Part shown: positions 21,377 through 31,910 of the stretch, piece after piece
How positions within the stretch are numbered: the first letter of the stretch is position 1
Layout: each line of letters starts with the position of its first letter
From: Minisyncoccota bacterium
Lineage (GTDB): Bacteria > Patescibacteriota > Minisyncoccia > Phycocordibacterales > PALSA-1337
Direction of reading: 5' to 3'
Assembly: GCA_035495115.1 (NCBI GenBank)
Contig: DATJGJ010000007.1
Location: 3,136-67,135, forward strand
DNA length: 64,000 nt
The notes under the pieces: generated by a model
The model's input: only the letters and a program-made list of their open reading frames with translations
Told to the model about the DNA's origin: nothing
The model's database searches: none
Position numbers and translations under genes: made by a program

Positions 21377-22435
21377 TTATTTAACACCCATAATTTGATG
21401 TGTCAAAAATGTATATATTTCAATGAAAGCAAAGAGTAGATTGAGCACGAGCGGTCCAAGGAAAATGCCGGCAGGACCGAAGAAAGCGATGCCGCCGAGC
21501 ACTGAGAGCAAAATGTAGAGCGGATGAAGCTCCATACCCTTCCCCATCAGTTTTGGACCGAGCAAGTTATCGATCAGGCCTACGGCGAATGTGCCCCATA
21601 TGATGAGACCGATAGCAGCTATCGTGTGATCAGACAAGAAGAGATATAGCACGGCCGGACCAAGGACAAGTATAGTGCCCATGCCTGGCACAAGAGACGC
21701 TATCGATGCGACAGTACCCCACAAAAAGGCATTTGGTACACCAAAAATAGTGAAGCCAATAGCAGTGAGACAACCTTGAATAAGAGCAATGATCAGATTT
21801 CCTCTAATGACAGAGTTAACGGCGATTTGGAGTTTACTAAACACTCGTTCGTCAGCCGTGTCTTCGAGTGGACTGAGTACTACGATTGCTTTTTTGAGCT
21901 TATAACCGTCTTTGAGGAGATAATAGAGAGCGATGATAAACACTGAAAGATCAATCACGAGTGCAGATGCACTCGAAAGAGCAGTGCCAAGGTTGTTGAC
22001 GAGCCAACTCAACCCCTGCTTTACATATTCATCGACGTTGCTTGAGAATGTGACCGATGCTGCCTCAGCTCCTGGAAAATACGAATCAAGGCTATACCCT
22101 GTATGCTGGATGATAGCTACGAGCGCATTTGTACCGCCACCGTTCTCTGCCAATGATCCATATAAGTTACGAGCTTCATGGAACACTTGCGTACCGAGAA
22201 ATGCAGCAGGAATAAATATACAAAGAATGCTCAACGCTACAGTGACAAACGAAGCAATCGACGGTTTATTGCCGAGTCGTCGAGAGATAAATCTGTATAA
22301 TGGCTGAAGTACCACTGAAAAGACAGTTGCCAGAGCCAGTGGAGCGAGAAATGGCTTGAAGATAAAGAATGACAATATAAGGGTACCAACGAGAAGAACC
22401 AACAGAAATTGAAGTTGTAATTTACGGTTGATCAT
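21377..22435 (-). CDS. AI-2E family (PerM/YdiK-like) transporter
   Basis: Multi-TM; DNLLGPKLMG...LHP...SVLGG..FFGPAGIFLGP. Confidence 0.9.
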   Translation of the reverse strand: MINRKLQLQFLLVLLVGTLILSFFIFKPFLAPLALATVFSVVLQPLYRFISRRLGNKPSIASFVTVALSILCIFIPAAFLGTQVFHEARNLYGSLAENGGGTNALVAIIQHTGYSLDSYFPGAEAASVTFSSNVDEYVKQGLSWLVNNLGTALSSASALVIDLSVFIIALYYLLKDGYKLKKAIVVLSPLEDTADERVFSKLQIAVNSVIRGNLIIALIQGCLTAIGFTIFGVPNAFLWGTVASIASLVPGMGTILVLGPAVLYLFLSDHTIAAIGLIIWGTFAVGLIDNLLGPKLMGKGMELHPLYILLSVLGGIAFFGPAGIFLGPLVLNLLFAFIEIYTFLTHQIMGVK

Positions 22436-23009
22436 AGAATTTCATTGTCTTAGTATCGAGCATGAGGTGTACCGTCTTGCCGATCGAAGGCGGGGTCGTG
22501 AAGCTGTCAGTGGGCTTTCTGTCAGCATAGTTCACTACAATAACATTACCATCGAGCTCAGTTGTTTGAGGTGCGATGCGATCGCCAAGAAAATATCCTT
22601 CTGAACCGACATTCCCTTTTGGACTACTGACGATAGCAACTACATAATAAAACTCGCCAGTTCCCCCTGTGGACTGAGCAACGAGAAATACGCGGTCAGG
22701 CACACCGTCGCCATTGAAATCGTGCACGACTTCATTGCCGAAATAATCAGTAGAGATTTCAACGGCAGAACCAGGCGCTGCCGGTATATCAGACTTTCCA
22801 TTTACGAGCGTTATAGGTTGATCTCCGATGATAAACGTAGCGTCATGGATCTGCGCAGGATCGGTCTGCTTTACCGGAACCTCCTTTGCAGGGGTGGCAT
22901 CTTTCTTTACATCAGGCTTGATTCCGATCATACCGAAACCAATCATGACCGCAAAAAGTAAGATGATAAGGCCACATAAAACAAGGATAAGAATGAGTAT
23001 TTTTTTCAT
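22422..23009 (-). CDS. Hypothetical membrane-anchored protein
   Basis: N-terminal TM; DFNGDG and GGTGEFYY...LGDRI motifs. Confidence 0.7.
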   Translation of the reverse strand: MKKILILILVLCGLIILLFAVMIGFGMIGIKPDVKKDATPAKEVPVKQTDPAQIHDATFIIGDQPITLVNGKSDIPAAPGSAVEISTDYFGNEVVHDFNGDGVPDRVFLVAQSTGGTGEFYYVVAIVSSPKGNVGSEGYFLGDRIAPQTTELDGNVIVVNYADRKPTDSFTTPPSIGKTVHLMLDTKTMKFYDQP

Positions 23010-23053
23010 ATCTCAATAGTACCATATACCCTGTGATGTTTTCACTTATATGT

Positions 23054-23947
23054 TCAGTTCAAAAACAACTCTGCGCCGAAACCATCTGACTGAATGAATG
23101 TTCTGTCTTTATACATGATGCAATATTCGAAATGATACAGAGAAAAAAGTGTTTCTGGTGGTACAAAGAACAGGCATGTAGTGAGGGCATCTGCAATAAG
23201 TGCTGTAGGCGCAGCTACCCAGACGGCTGCAATTTTTGTTGCAGACTCAAGCGTTTTTGGATTCATAATATGTGTAAAAGTCCCCCAAGCGCGTCGATTG
23301 CCCGACGAACCGCATATGCTTCCATTTTTGAGCGTGTATATGCCGATTGCTTTCGTGGTATCCATAGGATCTTCCAATCCAATACGCGCAACATCGTCTC
23401 CTGTGCGGAGGATATCACCGCCAGCATTTATGAGGTATGAACGTATGCCATGCCCATCGAGCACCTTTCCTACAAGATCAATGATATAGCCTTTTCCTGC
23501 AGCACCAAAATCAAGCTGCACTGGTTTTTTGACGATGAGCGCCGGCTTGCCATTCGAACTATCTTTGCTGTTTCGAAACTCTATGGCTTCATCCCATGTC
23601 GGCGGTCTTTGCAACTCTTTTTTTTGTTCAAGCGAATAGGCCGGATCGTATCCTGCATCTACGAGCATCTGCCCTATGAGGGGAGTAAAATATCCGTCAG
23701 TTTTTGTGTACAGATCATGATATGTCGTAAAGAGAAGATCAGCATCAAGCGGCAGTTCATATACACCGGACGCTCGTGCGATCTGCGCTACTGTCGAATC
23801 AGAGCGAAATCGAGAGTACACCAGATCAAATGCAGTAATGCGCTCTAGAATAGCCTTTGAGACAGCCCTCTCTTGTTCAGGTTCAATAAGATCGTATACA
23901 TCTATACGCCACACAGTTCCTATGGCTTTGAAATTGAATTGTGCCAT
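23054..23947 (-). CDS. apbE: FAD:protein FMN transferase (ApbE family)
   Basis: AIGT, SRFRSDS, DFGAAGKGY, NAGGD, HIMNPKT, ADALTT. Confidence 0.9.
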   Translation of the reverse strand: MAQFNFKAIGTVWRIDVYDLIEPEQERAVSKAILERITAFDLVYSRFRSDSTVAQIARASGVYELPLDADLLFTTYHDLYTKTDGYFTPLIGQMLVDAGYDPAYSLEQKKELQRPPTWDEAIEFRNSKDSSNGKPALIVKKPVQLDFGAAGKGYIIDLVGKVLDGHGIRSYLINAGGDILRTGDDVARIGLEDPMDTTKAIGIYTLKNGSICGSSGNRRAWGTFTHIMNPKTLESATKIAAVWVAAPTALIADALTTCLFFVPPETLFSLYHFEYCIMYKDRTFIQSDGFGAELFLN

Positions 23948-23961
23948 AGTTATAAGCGCTA

Positions 23962-24525
23962 TTATGCTTTTGCTTGTGTTTTTATCTTTGCCAAAGCATT
24001 GTTGAAGCCAGTTGATGTGAGAGACGAACCTGATACTACCGTGACGTTAAGGCTTGAGATATTTTGACCTACGACATACTGCTTGTAGCCAGAAATGAAT
24101 TTGTCTTGATAACGCTGTGAAGTGTGATCAGCAATAACAGTTACAACAGTCGCATCAGTCACAATATCGCTCTTTAGAGTAAGAGTGACCTTGATCTCAT
24201 CTTGACCCCCAGGAGACATATACGTACCATTCGCCGTGTATGTACCATCCTTATAGAGTGCGGCGTAATTTTTTGGCGTTGTCGCAGGTGGAGGAACTGC
24301 AACCGGTGTCGATGGAGTGCGATCTTCATCATCATCTTCATCATCTGAAAACCAACGACTGATGGTTCCTCCTATCGATGTTGGCGTCTGGCCTGAACTA
24401 GCAGGGACAGACGAATCGCCGCTTGCTATAGCTGGTTGGACTATGGGCTTTTTTTGAGTTGCAATAGAAACAACTGCAATCGATCCAATGACAAAGGCGC
24501 TAACGAGTAAACCTATTTTTTTCAT
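23962..24525 (-). CDS. Secreted FMN-binding domain protein
   Basis: YKDGTYTA...VVSGSSLTSTGFNNAL (variant of the [ST]GA[ST] flavinylation motif); adjacent to apbE. Confidence 0.75.
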   Translation of the reverse strand: MKKIGLLVSAFVIGSIAVVSIATQKKPIVQPAIASGDSSVPASSGQTPTSIGGTISRWFSDDEDDDEDRTPSTPVAVPPPATTPKNYAALYKDGTYTANGTYMSPGGQDEIKVTLTLKSDIVTDATVVTVIADHTSQRYQDKFISGYKQYVVGQNISSLNVTVVSGSSLTSTGFNNALAKIKTQAKA

Positions 24526-24528
24526 GTG

Positions 24529-24948
24529 TTAAATGTGATTAGTTAAAGTAATATCTGATTTTTTCTTGTATTGAAGACAAAGTATATCAGAACCATTCAT
24601 AAAGACGACAAAAACTGCAATGGCAAGACCAAAATCTCGAACTGCAATCTGCCCATATCCGACTGTAAACATGATATCGAGCAGATGCAAAGCAATAAGC
24701 AGTGCAACAATACGAACTTGGTAGCCAAACAACAAGGCTGCGCCGAAGATCAACTCGAATAATCCGTTGAGCACAACAAGCGTGGATGCATCGAGATGAG
24801 TTAACGATACTATCGAATCAGGAATATATGCAATCCACGTTGTCGGATCTAGTAACTGTTGGAATCCAAACCATAAAATCACAGCTGATATACCATAACG
24901 CAGAACACTCGGTGCATACGTTTCAAGATTTATAAGTATTTTTTTCAT
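24529..24948 (-). CDS. DoxX-family membrane protein
   Basis: Four TMs; LRYG...WFG; ELIFG..LL.G; RDFGL. Confidence 0.75.
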   Translation of the reverse strand: MKKILINLETYAPSVLRYGISAVILWFGFQQLLDPTTWIAYIPDSIVSLTHLDASTLVVLNGLFELIFGAALLFGYQVRIVALLIALHLLDIMFTVGYGQIAVRDFGLAIAVFVVFMNGSDILCLQYKKKSDITLTNHI

Positions 24949-25113
24949 GTATGTATTTTAACGTACTTTTATACGCAGTAGTGATTGTACGAGACTGATG
25001 CTCGTATCGGTGCAGAACATAAAGTATATTGCCATATTAGTAAAAATGATGTATTATAGTAGGCAGAGATCGTTACCAACAGGAACGATTAACATCCCAC
25101 CAAAAGGATACCC

Positions 25114-25953
25114 ATGAAGAAGTTCTTTGTCATTACGGCATTGATTGGCATCACACTCGGTGTTTCGTCCAACTCGTTTGGGCAGACACTGCAAACATAC
25201 AACCAGACCTGCGCACGCATCAACGTGTTCGAGTCATTCAAATACTACTTCCCTGAAACAGCCACACCAATGATCAGCGACATTCTGGCCGGCGTAGTGA
25301 ATGACAACTGCGTCTATCCCTACCCTAGTCTCAAATATCGGCTTGTCGGTCGCATCAGCAAAGGCAAGATTATCAAACAAGCCAATGCGACCTACGACCC
25401 GATTGAAGGTCGTCTGTTCTACTTACTCTACATTTCAAAGCAAGTGACTGGACCGCGAGCGAATTTGTCTGACAAAGCACTCGTCAACCTGACGAAGGAT
25501 GGCGGCGTGCGACTTGTAGGATCAGTTAGACGGCAGTGGGCGAAGAAACTGGAGCTGAACAACGGCTTCTACACTGACACATTGCAGGATTACAACACGA
25601 ATACTGCTGCAGTTTTAGTGGATGTCATCGCCCAGCCCTACTGGGTCCATCCGGCGAAGATCCCTGAACTGACAGTATCGACACCGGCAGGACAAGCGCT
25701 TTGGCAAGTCTACTACGACATACGTCTGGTTGAATTGGCCAAACGCTCAGTCGCAGTGAAGTTGCTCAATGACTGCGGTGTCATCTGCATTCCGACAGTG
25801 ACCTACGCCGGCACAAGGCCGATATATCTCGACCCTGTCGGCTGGAGTCAATATGACATCCCTGGCTTACAGCGTATCATCGCTGATAACTGGTCAGACC
25901 CTTGGTTTTGCAATGCGGCACGCGCAAAGCTCCAATCATTGAGTAACCCGTAA
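25114..25953 (+). CDS. Hypothetical secreted protein (orphan, paralog of next gene)
   Basis: Signal peptide; own promoter, SD and terminator (25961-25990). Confidence 0.7.
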   Translation: MKKFFVITALIGITLGVSSNSFGQTLQTYNQTCARINVFESFKYYFPETATPMISDILAGVVNDNCVYPYPSLKYRLVGRISKGKIIKQANATYDPIEGRLFYLLYISKQVTGPRANLSDKALVNLTKDGGVRLVGSVRRQWAKKLELNNGFYTDTLQDYNTNTAAVLVDVIAQPYWVHPAKIPELTVSTPAGQALWQVYYDIRLVELAKRSVAVKLLNDCGVICIPTVTYAGTRPIYLDPVGWSQYDIPGLQRIIADNWSDPWFCNAARAKLQSLSNP

Positions 25954-26075
25954 TCACCACCACCCCTGAATTCTTTCGGGGGTGTTTTTTATTATTGTAA
26001 TGAAAGTGCTGCCGCTACGGCTTACCTTCGGATACAAAACCACCCAGTCAACCCCGTAATAGAAAGAGAACATAT

Positions 26076-26908
26076 ATGAAACTCAAGCTCACTGTCATAG
26101 CTGCACTCATAATCATAGGCATGTCAGTCCATCATGTTTTTGGTCAAAGCATCAGTTTCGACCAAACAACCGCAAATATTCGGACATTCGAAAATCAGCG
26201 ATATTATACATCAACAACGACAGGCCCATTGCTCAGTATTATTATCATTGGACTCGTGCAGAATAACACTACAATCCTCGGGAACAAGCATGATCTTGTC
26301 ACCACTGTCCCGAAAAAAAGCTAAACCTGCAGGTCGCCAATGCAAGCAATCCGGTTGATGCCGCGACGCTCAGTCTCTTGTATTACACACGACAACCTGG
26401 CCTATCTCCTACATTGAATGAAAAAGCGTTGAAAAGAATCGTAGGGGCAGATGGTAGCGCTATCAAATCATCAGTAGCTCGCGCATGGCAAAAAAACGAA
26501 GTTGGTAATAGCTTCATCGATGTGCTGGAAGAATTCAGTCCTGAGATCAATATTGAGATGATTGATCTCATCTCACAGCCATATTTCAACTCGAAGGCAC
26601 CAATTTATAAAAACACATTGGTTACCTACGCATCCCAAAGCCTTTTCGAAGTTTATTACAATGTTCGACTCATCGAGCTGACCAAGCGCTCTGTCGTAGT
26701 GAAGCTACTTGCGACGTATGGATACATCAACATCCCTCGCACAACATCAGCTGAATTCAGGATCAGTGGCGACCCAAAGATTGTCATCTTCCTCGACGAC
26801 GTATCCTGGGACGAATATGATGTGCCGGGACTCCAAAGCCTCGTTGAAAGCAACAACCCGTATTATGGTAATGCCGCAGCTGCGCAATTGCACAGCATGG
26901 GTTATTAA
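26076..26908 (+). pseudogene. Frameshifted paralog of 25114-25953 (split at A7 tract 26313-26319)
   Basis: Both halves align to the upstream protein (YYNVRLIELTKRSVVVKLL vs YYDIRLVELAKRSVAVKLL); one extra A restores the frame. Confidence 0.75.
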
Positions 26909-26980
26909 CAAATGTCATTCTCACAAACACTCCGAAGCAATTTGGAGTGTTTTTTATTTAAATAGATATATAATAAGCAC

Positions 26981-27904
26981 ATGAAATCATTTACCCATGA
27001 ACACAAACACCTCATCATCGGTTTTAGTATAGTCGGCAGCGTCATAGTCACCTTGGCAGCATATTCGCTCATACGTATGAATATGCTCTCTACACGAATA
27101 AACGACCTCTCAATGAGTATTGTAGCGCTCAATTCGAACCTAGCTTCGACGACGGCCGCACTGCAGTCCACTATTGAACAAACTCATACATCACTCTCGA
27201 GCGCTCTTTCAGCCGAACAGCAGCACGTCGGCACGATCCAGCAGCAGCTTGGTGGATTCCAAAACCAAGTAGGAACACTATCAGGTACACTGACTACCCT
27301 TCAGAAGCTTGCTCAAACCGATCCAGAACTATTGAAAAAATACTCGAAAGTCTATTTCTTGAATGAAAATTATGTACCTGATCACTTATCAGAGATTCCG
27401 AAGTCATATCAGTATAGCGACAACAAACAACTCCTGATTCAAACAAATGTTTTGCCACACCTTGAGGCCATGATCAATGATGCTTCATCAACCGGTGTGA
27501 TGCTGTACACTTTTTCTGCATATCGTTCATTTGCTGAGCAGCGCGCTCTCAAGGGTGAATATACGATGACCTATGGTGCTGGCACCGCAAACTCTTTTTC
27601 AGCTGATCAAGGTTATTCTGAACACCAGCTCGGCACAGCAGTGGACATGATCACGCCTGGCTTGGGTGGTGTACTTGAAGATACGTTCGACGGCACAAAG
27701 GCATATCAATGGATGCTCAACAACGCCTACAAGTATGGTTTCGAACTTTCTTACCCAAAAAATAACGGTTACTATGTTTACGAACCATGGCATTGGCGCT
27801 TTGTCGGTATAAAGCTTGCCTCATACCTACACGACAATAAACTCAACTTCTACGACCTTGATCAACGAACGATCGACACCTACCTCGTCAATATCTGGGA
27901 CTAA
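26981..27904 (+). CDS. M15B D-Ala-D-Ala carboxypeptidase (VanY-like) with coiled-coil stalk
   Basis: SAYRS, SEHQLGTAVD, EPWHWRFVG. Confidence 0.9.
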   Translation: MKSFTHEHKHLIIGFSIVGSVIVTLAAYSLIRMNMLSTRINDLSMSIVALNSNLASTTAALQSTIEQTHTSLSSALSAEQQHVGTIQQQLGGFQNQVGTLSGTLTTLQKLAQTDPELLKKYSKVYFLNENYVPDHLSEIPKSYQYSDNKQLLIQTNVLPHLEAMINDASSTGVMLYTFSAYRSFAEQRALKGEYTMTYGAGTANSFSADQGYSEHQLGTAVDMITPGLGGVLEDTFDGTKAYQWMLNNAYKYGFELSYPKNNGYYVYEPWHWRFVGIKLASYLHDNKLNFYDLDQRTIDTYLVNIWD

Positions 27905-27911
27905 TTATTTG

Positions 27912-27982
27912 CTACGGGACTTGGAATCGAACCAAGATTCACGGCTTCAAAGGCCGCTGTCCTACCGTTAGACGATCCCGTA
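27912..27982 (-). tRNA. tRNA-Gln(TTG)
   Basis: Acceptor TACGGGA/TCCCGTA; anticodon arm GCGGC-CTTTGAA-GCCGT; T-loop TTCGATT; no encoded CCA. Confidence 0.92.
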
Positions 27983-28000
27983 ATAGCGAACCCTCACATC

Positions 28001-29017
28001 TTACTGACAAATCTTCACTACGGCAAGTTCGAGTGGTAACGCTTCGATACGAGCCCTGCTGACCCCTTCTGCTGCTTCAAGAAGTGTTTTGAGAGTCTCT
28101 GGACCAAGCGCCTTCTTGCCCGCTTCGCTCGATATAAAAGTCCAATCATCTGGCGATACGCGTGCTTTCAATATCGCATGCGAATCAGCTGAGTGTTGAG
28201 CGAGAAGGATGAATCTCATCTTTTCAAGTACAAGAGTGACGAAAATCTGCATCGATATGCCCAACTGCTCTGTCTCGCTGAGCACCTTGAGCGCGCTATT
28301 TGCATTTTTACTGATCAAACCTGAAACGAATGTATTTACCAACTCAGATTTCGGTGCACCGGTGATCGCTTCAGCCGCCTCACGATTTATTTTTTTGCCT
28401 GTAGAAGCTGCTATGACCTTTTCGAGCATGCCGAGAGAATCACGGAATGAGCCATCACCAAGAAGTGCGATGAGGTCAGCTGCACCCGGATCGAGCTCGT
28501 AGCCTTCTTTCTTTGCGACCGCGCTGATCTGCTTGCCCAGTATGTCTCGAGTCGGCGTTCTGAAGGTAAAAGTCTGGCAACGAGAGATGATCGTATCGGG
28601 AACCTTGTTGAGCTCAGTAGTCGCAAGGATAAAGATAACATGAGCTGGCGGTTCCTCGAGCGTCTTCAAGAGCGCATTCCATGCATCCTTTGAGAGCATG
28701 TGTACCTCGTCGATGATATAGACCTTGTAGGGGCTCGAGAACGGCAATACTGACACATGCTCGCGAAGGGCGCGTATATCGTCGATGCCGCGGTTTGAAG
28801 CCGCATCTATCTCACTTATGTCTTCTTCGGCTGTTTTGAGCTCACGTGCGAGTATACGAGCAACCGTGGTCTTTCCAGTGCCACGTGTACCGTTGAATAA
28901 GTATGCATGGGCCACGCGCTTTGAGGAAATAGACTCTTTAAGAGCATCGACGACGTGATCTTGGCCGATGACTTCAGACCAGCGAGATGGGCGATGAGTG
29001 CGGTAGAGGACTGGCAT
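28001..29017 (-). CDS. dnaX: DNA polymerase III gamma/tau (short, gamma-like)
   Basis: LYRTHRP, GTRGTGKTT, EIDAASNRG, DEVHML, SRC. Confidence 0.93.
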   Translation of the reverse strand: MPVLYRTHRPSRWSEVIGQDHVVDALKESISSKRVAHAYLFNGTRGTGKTTVARILARELKTAEEDISEIDAASNRGIDDIRALREHVSVLPFSSPYKVYIIDEVHMLSKDAWNALLKTLEEPPAHVIFILATTELNKVPDTIISRCQTFTFRTPTRDILGKQISAVAKKEGYELDPGAADLIALLGDGSFRDSLGMLEKVIAASTGKKINREAAEAITGAPKSELVNTFVSGLISKNANSALKVLSETEQLGISMQIFVTLVLEKMRFILLAQHSADSHAILKARVSPDDWTFISSEAGKKALGPETLKTLLEAAEGVSRARIEALPLELAVVKICQ

Positions 29018-29047
29018 GAAGGTAAGTATAAAGGAAAATGGAGAAAG

Positions 29048-30034
29048 TTAAAAGTTGGCGGCAAGATACTCTTTCACAATCTTCTCCACCTGCTTCACAT
29101 TCTCGACTTCCATGAGCTGGACACGTAGCTCCTTTGCACCATCCCAGCCTGAGACATATGCTTTGAAATGTTTTTTCATGACTGCAAAATTTTTGTGGCT
29201 TCCCTTCTTTTTTCCATTGAAAGTCTTTGCGAAAAGCTTGGCATGCTCAAGCATGATCTTAAGTCGTTCCTCGGGAGTTTTATCTTTGACCATTCGATTG
29301 AAGAACCATGGCTTGCCGAATATGCCACGACCAATCATCACGCCATCACAGCCAAATTCTCGAATTTTCTTGTCCCCATCAACCAAACTGTGCACATCAC
29401 CATTACCGATGATGAGCGTTCTATTTTCAGGAGCCACCTCTTTTTGAACTTCATCGCGCAACTTCACGATCTCGGACATGAGCTCCCAATGCGCCGGCAC
29501 ATCTGACATTTCTTTGCGCGTACGCAAGTGAACTGTGAGCACAGGCAGATTTTGTTCAAGTAAAAGGCGTAGCCATTTCCAATCCACAGCATTATAGCCG
29601 ATGCGAGTCTTGATCGTGACTGGAATGCCGCCTTGTCGAGCAGCCTCCAATACTGCGAGAGCACTCTTTGGATCCTTGATCATCGCCGCTCCGCCGCCTT
29701 GTTTTTCGACTGATCGATCAGGACAACCCATATTGATATCGATACCATCAAAACCTAGCTTTGCCACCATTTTTGCAGCTTTTTTCATTGCTTCCGGATG
29801 GCCAGTAAAAAGCTGTGCCACGATAGGGCGTTCTTTCGGAGTAAAGGCGAGATCGCGCATGAGCATTTGCTTTCCCTTTGGCGAACAGAGGCCATCAGCT
29901 GAGACGAACTCAGTCCATGTCACATCAGGCTTGCCATATTTAGCGAACATAGCACGAAAAGCGCTATCGGTAACATTTGCCATCGGCGCCAAGACGAATA
30001 GCGGCTTCTTCATTTTTTGCCAAAAATTCTGCAT
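29048..30034 (-). CDS. dusB: tRNA-dihydrouridine synthase
   Basis: LAPMANVTD, DINMGCP, GNGDV, GVMIGRG. Confidence 0.88.
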   Translation of the reverse strand: MQNFWQKMKKPLFVLAPMANVTDSAFRAMFAKYGKPDVTWTEFVSADGLCSPKGKQMLMRDLAFTPKERPIVAQLFTGHPEAMKKAAKMVAKLGFDGIDINMGCPDRSVEKQGGGAAMIKDPKSALAVLEAARQGGIPVTIKTRIGYNAVDWKWLRLLLEQNLPVLTVHLRTRKEMSDVPAHWELMSEIVKLRDEVQKEVAPENRTLIIGNGDVHSLVDGDKKIREFGCDGVMIGRGIFGKPWFFNRMVKDKTPEERLKIMLEHAKLFAKTFNGKKKGSHKNFAVMKKHFKAYVSGWDGAKELRVQLMEVENVKQVEKIVKEYLAANF

Positions 30035-30062
30035 AGGTTTGACCAATCTAGCACATTATCCG

Positions 30063-31034
30063 CTAGGGTTGCACCTTCTTGAGCAGCGCAAGTGTATCGG
30101 CATCTCTTTGGCCGCTACCGAGCACAACGATTGTGTATACATCGCTCTTTTCTCCCCATTTGAAAAGCGAGACATTGGTGCGATTCGCTTCAGGCAAATA
30201 GCCATTCTTGCCACCAACATAATACGACCAACTGAGAAAATGCGTTGGGTTTATCCACGTATGCGAACGTATTGTTTTTGCTTTTAATTCAGTGATGCCA
30301 ACTATGGTTGGATCATTCTTATATATCCACTTCATAATCAATGCGAGATCATTAGCCGTAGAGATATTTTTGGGATCCAAGCCAGACGGATCAGAAAATG
30401 AGGTGCGGTAGGCGCCGATAGACTGGGTGAATTCGTTCATGGCTTGAATGAACTTGGCGCGTCCATAATACTGGGCAAAAGCTTCAGCTGCATCATTTGA
30501 TGAGACCATAAGGAGCGGATAGAGCAAATCGTTTGCAGTGAATGTTTCTCCAGCGACAAAGTCGGCAGTGTTGCCGTATGTAGACGTCACTGACTTGGTG
30601 ATGCTGATGCGAGAAATATCTGGAATGAGCTTACGAGCGACTACTGCAGTCACGAGTTTGGTGAGTGATGCTATAGGCAGAAGCTGATTGGAGTTTTGAT
30701 CAACGATGACCTGACCAGTTGTCATGTCTTTTACGATATATGCTTTGGCAGTGACATGGCTGATCTGCCCTTGCGGAAGCGCATTTGCAGCAGCATTGAT
30801 CAGATCTTCCTCATCTGCTGCTGAATATCGTTGTGCATATGCCTCAGCTTTATTGAGGATATATGCTGATGCCGAAGAAACGGCTGCGGTTTCCCCGACA
30901 CGAGCGAGATCAGCATGTTCTGATGAATGCCATACATACATACCTATACTAAATATGCCCACGCACAGAAAAAGCGTAATAAGTCCGCCAAATACGATTG
31001 AAAAAAAGGTTTTTAAGGGATTGGGCTGATTCAT
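30063..31034 (-). CDS. Serine D-Ala-D-Ala carboxypeptidase (S11)
   Basis: ASLTKL (SxxK), SSND (SxN), GGKNG. Confidence 0.88.
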   Translation of the reverse strand: MNQPNPLKTFFSIVFGGLITLFLCVGIFSIGMYVWHSSEHADLARVGETAAVSSASAYILNKAEAYAQRYSAADEEDLINAAANALPQGQISHVTAKAYIVKDMTTGQVIVDQNSNQLLPIASLTKLVTAVVARKLIPDISRISITKSVTSTYGNTADFVAGETFTANDLLYPLLMVSSNDAAEAFAQYYGRAKFIQAMNEFTQSIGAYRTSFSDPSGLDPKNISTANDLALIMKWIYKNDPTIVGITELKAKTIRSHTWINPTHFLSWSYYVGGKNGYLPEANRTNVSLFKWGEKSDVYTIVVLGSGQRDADTLALLKKVQP

Positions 31035-31894
31035 TTAATGGTTTTATAAAATACATTTGAGCCGAAACGCAGGTCTATGTAATCAAACATCAGCGCCTTT
31101 CGTTGACTTCGTGCTTCAGTTGTCATATGCCTCCAGAAAGCTATGAGATTGTCGCGTTCTTTATCGATATGTTGAATATCATTAAAATAAATGATAGTGG
31201 TGCTCGCGTACAATTCATATTCTCCAGCATCTTTTATCAAGATACCGTCTGGAGACATGCCTGCACTCTCAACTGTATCATATAATGCCTGCAGATCTAA
31301 AAATTCTGCAGTAGACGTAGCGTATGAGCCGATATAATCGGTTGTTGAGGCGGCTGAATATATATCTGGCGCATAATAGACATTATATGGGTGACCAGAA
31401 AATCCAGGGCTACGCTCAAAAAGATACCCTTGTTCGTCAGCTAAGTAGCACATGTCCGTATCATCAAGTAGCAACACATCATGTTCGAAATTTGGCAATG
31501 TCGCACAGACAATCGCTCGAGGTATTTTTTGGCTCACTGCAATGCGAAGATGCGTCAATCCATCTCTGCTTATAGCCACATCAAGCACTCGAGGAAACGT
31601 TGACTGTATCTCTTTGATTAGAACTTGTTTTGGATACAAAAAAATATTCTGTCGTGAAAACATGCCAAGATAATTTCCTTGAAGCTCTTTCATAACCGCA
31701 TCATGGATCAAGGGAGAAATCTCCTGATCAGCTCCGAATACAGTCACTTCACTAATTGACATGAAGTGTGCACGCGTAATCCACGACATACCATATATAA
31801 TGACTGCGCAAACAAAAACAATAAGGACTATGGTCGCCCATTTTTTTATGCGTTGCCTTTTAACAAATGATTGAGATTGGAGGTTTCTTGCCAT
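31031..31894 (-). CDS. FtsQ/DivIB-like POTRA protein
   Basis: Basic N-terminus, TM, ISEVTVFG; C-terminal YIDLRFG. Confidence 0.7.
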   Translation of the reverse strand: MARNLQSQSFVKRQRIKKWATIVLIVFVCAVIIYGMSWITRAHFMSISEVTVFGADQEISPLIHDAVMKELQGNYLGMFSRQNIFLYPKQVLIKEIQSTFPRVLDVAISRDGLTHLRIAVSQKIPRAIVCATLPNFEHDVLLLDDTDMCYLADEQGYLFERSPGFSGHPYNVYYAPDIYSAASTTDYIGSYATSTAEFLDLQALYDTVESAGMSPDGILIKDAGEYELYASTTIIYFNDIQHIDKERDNLIAFWRHMTTEARSQRKALMFDYIDLRFGSNVFYKTIK

Positions 31895-31910
31895 GACAAT
31901 AATAGGAGTA

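Noticed and set aside
26310-26324. Programmed -1 ribosomal frameshift at A-AAA-AAG
   Set aside because: AAA-AAG is not in the zero frame (which reads CCG AAA AAA AGC), and no clear stimulatory hairpin follows
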